DNA of 64,000 bases, taken from positions 1,937,102 through 2,001,101 of the forward strand of contig MU057724.1 of assembly GCA_013265495.1 (NCBI GenBank), written 5' to 3'. Below are positions 60,598 through 64,000 of this stretch, piece by piece. Positions within the stretch are counted from its first letter, which is position 1. Every line of letters begins with the position of its first letter. The translations under genes and the position numbers were made by a program. The notes under the pieces were generated by a model that saw only the letters and a list, made by a program, of their open reading frames with translations, ran no database searches and was not told the origin of the DNA. This DNA is from Vicugna vicugna (Eukaryota).

Positions 60598-63500
60598 AAA
60601 AAACGCTTCCCTCAATAGTTTTTCTTTTGAATTGCGTATTCTCTGTTTTGGAAACTGAAAAAATTTAACTAATTTTAGGTAAGTTACCAAATTGTCTATT
60701 TGTCGCTTTTATTTAATAAAGAAGTTAGATACCTAAAAATATCTTAATCCAACTAACCAAATCTGGATCTGTCTGGAAGTACTTCTGTTAAATTTTTTCT
60801 GCCATTTTATTTGAAGCCTTCTGATATCAGAATAAGGTAACTTCTAAAATAACTAATTTTTAGTAACAATGTTGAAGCTTGAATTTTCCTGAATTAGAAA
60901 AACAATAGTTCTTTTTGATTTTGAACCAAGACTTAGCATAGGGTCATTTCGGTTTGAAAAGGAAAACTGTCTCGCTCTGCATTTGAGCAGCTGACCACAG
61001 CTTCCTCTCCTTGACTTGTGGCCTCACTGAATCTGCGATGACGCATTCCCTCAACGGGGACGACTAGCTAATTATAAAAATAAGAAGTGTGAGGACGGCC
61101 TCTCGGCCACTTGACTGAACGCAGTTTAAAAGGCATTATTCCAGGGAGAGGAGCTTTTAATTTGCAGTGCAGAGCGCATCAAATTAACATTTTATATTTA
61201 ACTGTAGATCTATTGACTTGTAAAGTTACAGGTACATGACATGTAACACGGCTTTCTGTAAATATGTGATTTTAAATAGTTTTCCTTAGTTGTACCACAC
61301 TTAAAAAACTCGACAAATTTTTTAAAAAATCTTCAAACTACCCTAGCATTTTTCTTTAAAATAAAGGCACATTCTGCTGACCTGAATTCTGTAGATTTTT
61401 TTCTTTACTTTCCCATTTTAAAGGGGGATTATCCTTAAAGACAAAAAAAAAAAGGAAAAGAAAGCCAGTGTTTCTTGTTTCTCCTGAAACAGCTGAACCC
61501 TTTAGCCATTTTCCTAAGAAGCCCCTTCAACACAAAACAAAGGAAAACTTTGGACCCAACAGATGGCTTTATTTACTGAGGTAAAGTTCACATCTGAAGA
61601 GCGTGCCAGGCTCGTAAAACCGCACTGTCCACCCAAGATTGCCAGCCGTGGAGAGCCGCGGACTCCCGGCCTAAGTGGTCCCCCGGGTGCGGGTCTCCCC
61701 GAGGCCCCCGCGCCCGGCCGGGCGGGCATCCTCCCCCGAGAGCCCGCGTGCGGGCCAGCCTACCTCGCAGAGATCCTTATGTGTCTCCTGCTCGCTTAGC
61801 ACCTAACGGCTCGGCATTGTGTTTCAAGGAGGGGTGTTTAATTACTTCGGGCCGAGGGCACCTGGCCACCCAGCTTCCACAGTTCGTGGGGAGAGGCTTT
61901 CTAAAGAGCTGACTCCGGCACCGGCACCGCATTCAGGCGACGGAACAAAAGCTTAATTATGCACACCTGGTGCTGCCGGTGCTCCAGCTCCAGCAAGTTT
62001 TCCGGGATGTCGGCGCCCTGTTCCCCCTGCTCCCTGGGCGCCCCGATTCCACCGTACATGTCTCAGAATAACCTTCTCTTGAAAGATCATTCTCCCTTGC
62101 CCCGCATCCATTTCTTTCATTATATGTATTTAATGTATATACAGGGTTTTCATTGTGGTTAAAAATCCTAGGATCAGCCTCTCCACTTCTGAGTTCACCT
62201 CAATACGCCCACCACGGATGAAGGAAGCTGAGAGCTGAGCCCGCGAGGTAGGCCCCGCACCTGTCCTGCCCATCTCAGCCCTGGGACCCGCGTGTCCAGA
62301 AGCTGCGGCCACAGCGCTGGTTGGGGGTAGAGGCTGGATGACCCAGAACGGTCCTGGGGAGTCAGCTGGTTTGTGCCATCTGTTTGCACATGAGCCTCCC
62401 ATGGGCAGTAACAGGATCCTAACTTGAGTCCACACCTACCTAAGTCCTCAGTCAACCCTCAGCCCCACCTGAGAAGCAGTTGCTGATTTCAACCCCTTTT
62501 CATGGTGGATGCGGCCACCAGCCTGGGCCCAGCCTGTGGCCTCTTGCCTGGATGAGAGCACAGGCCTGGGAACCCCACCCTGCTCCCGCCCCGCACGCCC
62601 CGCCATGCACACCCTACCTCGTGCACACCTGCCCTGCCATGGGACCCCATCCAAGAAGCATGCTAGAAAAGTTTTTTGGTTTTATCTCTTTCCCAGTCCC
62701 TAACCTGCCACCTACTGCCTCTCGTTTGAACAGTGAAGTCAATGTGAAAAACTGGATTGCGGTGTAAACAAATTGTGGTTGTGTTTCATCTACCTTTTGT
62801 TCTACTCATACTTTTTGGTACAACATTAAAGAAAGTGGACTTCTTTCTATTTGTTCTTTGTTGTTGTCACTGTTTTGTTTTTTAAGGTCACATTAGACTT
62901 GCAACATTCTTACAGGTGAGGACCCCCGCACCTGCCACCCCCACTGCTGAAGGGCACCAGACAATGGCAGGTCTAGGTCAGGCATATTTATGGGACCCTT
63001 GCTCTGATACCATTCTTGGGGAGCTCTTCTGTTACTTTCGGGAACTAGATTTGCTTGGTTGGAGTCGGAGATGCAACTCCTGCACCAAGGCCACCGCCTT
63101 ACTGATGCGCTACAGGGGACCCCAGTGTGTTGCTGACTCATACATTTCACATCAGTACAGGCGGGCCCTAGTTCACAAACACTAGACCTTAATTAAACAG
63201 ATGGGAAGCTATGAAACTTGGCTAGGTCAGGGAAAGTCATGGAATTGGTATGTAATTCCTGCCATCCTGCCCTGGACACTCCGGCGGATCCACAACCACT
63301 GCAGTCCGGTCCCAGGTCTTTGTGGTGGCTTGAGGGCCTGTCTGTCTGTCTTGCCCCAGGCCCTTCTGACCACTGCCCTCCTTCCTCCAGCTCTGTCAGG
63401 AGCCTCCCCTGTTCCTAGCGCAGGTGAGGCAGCACAGCAGTCACCCCCTCTCTACCTGGAAGACTCACTCCTGCCTCTGCCCAACCATCACCTGTGCAGA

Positions 63501-63769
63501 GGCCTCCTCCCTCACTGCATAGGAAGCACCCTGCATGACTCAGCGTCTTTCTCCACCTGCAGTCAGACACCTGTGTGGTCACCTGCTGCTTCCTCAGGGC
63601 AGTGGACTCTCCAAGAGCATTTGACTACCTGGAACAATGCTTGGGCGGGATAGACCCTCGGTACAAGCTGACGGATGGATGGGGGAACCCACATTTCTGA
63701 CAGCAGGGCAGCCCCAGCGAGTCAGTACCTGCTCGAGGCTATAGGATGAACGAAGGATGGGGGACGCTG

Positions 63770-63900
63770 ACCTCACCTGTGCATAGAGATCTTCAGATCT
63801 AGGGGCCTGTGGTCATGTACATTTGGGAAACACTGGCTTAAGTGAAGTTAAGCAAACATAGTTACTGCAGGACTTCTCAGTGCTTTTAATGCTCTAACAC
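63770..63900. mobile_element. MER5B-like DNA transposon fragment
   Basis: tttgggaaacactggcttaagtgaagttaag...ttactgcaggacttctcagtgcttttaatgct. Confidence 0.5.
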
Positions 63901-64000
63901 CGATGACAAGAGGAGAACGGTAGCTGCAGCGAGCTCAGAGCTGGCGAGTCTGTCCGTGGTAATCATCTGATGCCAATGACCTGACCTGGGAGCTGGTGTG

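Overview
Mammalian, almost certainly camelid, genomic DNA. The evidence is several tRNA-Ala(AGC)-derived SINEs with the camelid Vic-1-type head and AATAAACCTAATTACCTCCC tail, plus artiodactyl-type L1 3' ends. The window is GC- and CpG-rich and contains one 29-nt assembly gap. I recognise no known protein-coding gene. The supplied ORFs are best explained as chance GC-rich ORFs or decayed L1 ORF1/ORF2. What can be supported: many interspersed repeats (L1 of several ages, MIR, L2, MLT1/MLT2 LTRs, MER5, young SINEs), often nested and with visible target-site duplications; microsatellites and two recent short tandem duplications; and two CpG-island, promoter-like regions (~25.1-26.2 kb and ~44.7-45.4 kb). 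The 45 kb island has outward-facing splice donors on both strands. A chain of good minus-strand candidate exons could form an unannotated lncRNA or a 54-63 aa microprotein gene. Several AT-rich, repeat-free blocks have dense developmental TF motifs. Smaller oddities: a 193-nt non-L1 insert with a perfect 15-bp TSD, a SINE carrying a hairpin-containing 3' extension, a SINE with a (TAAA)18 at its 5' side, and a strongly AT-to-GC biased L1 copy. Repeat family names are from recollection of consensus sequences, not a search; repeat boundaries are approximate. Gene models are inference from splice signals only.
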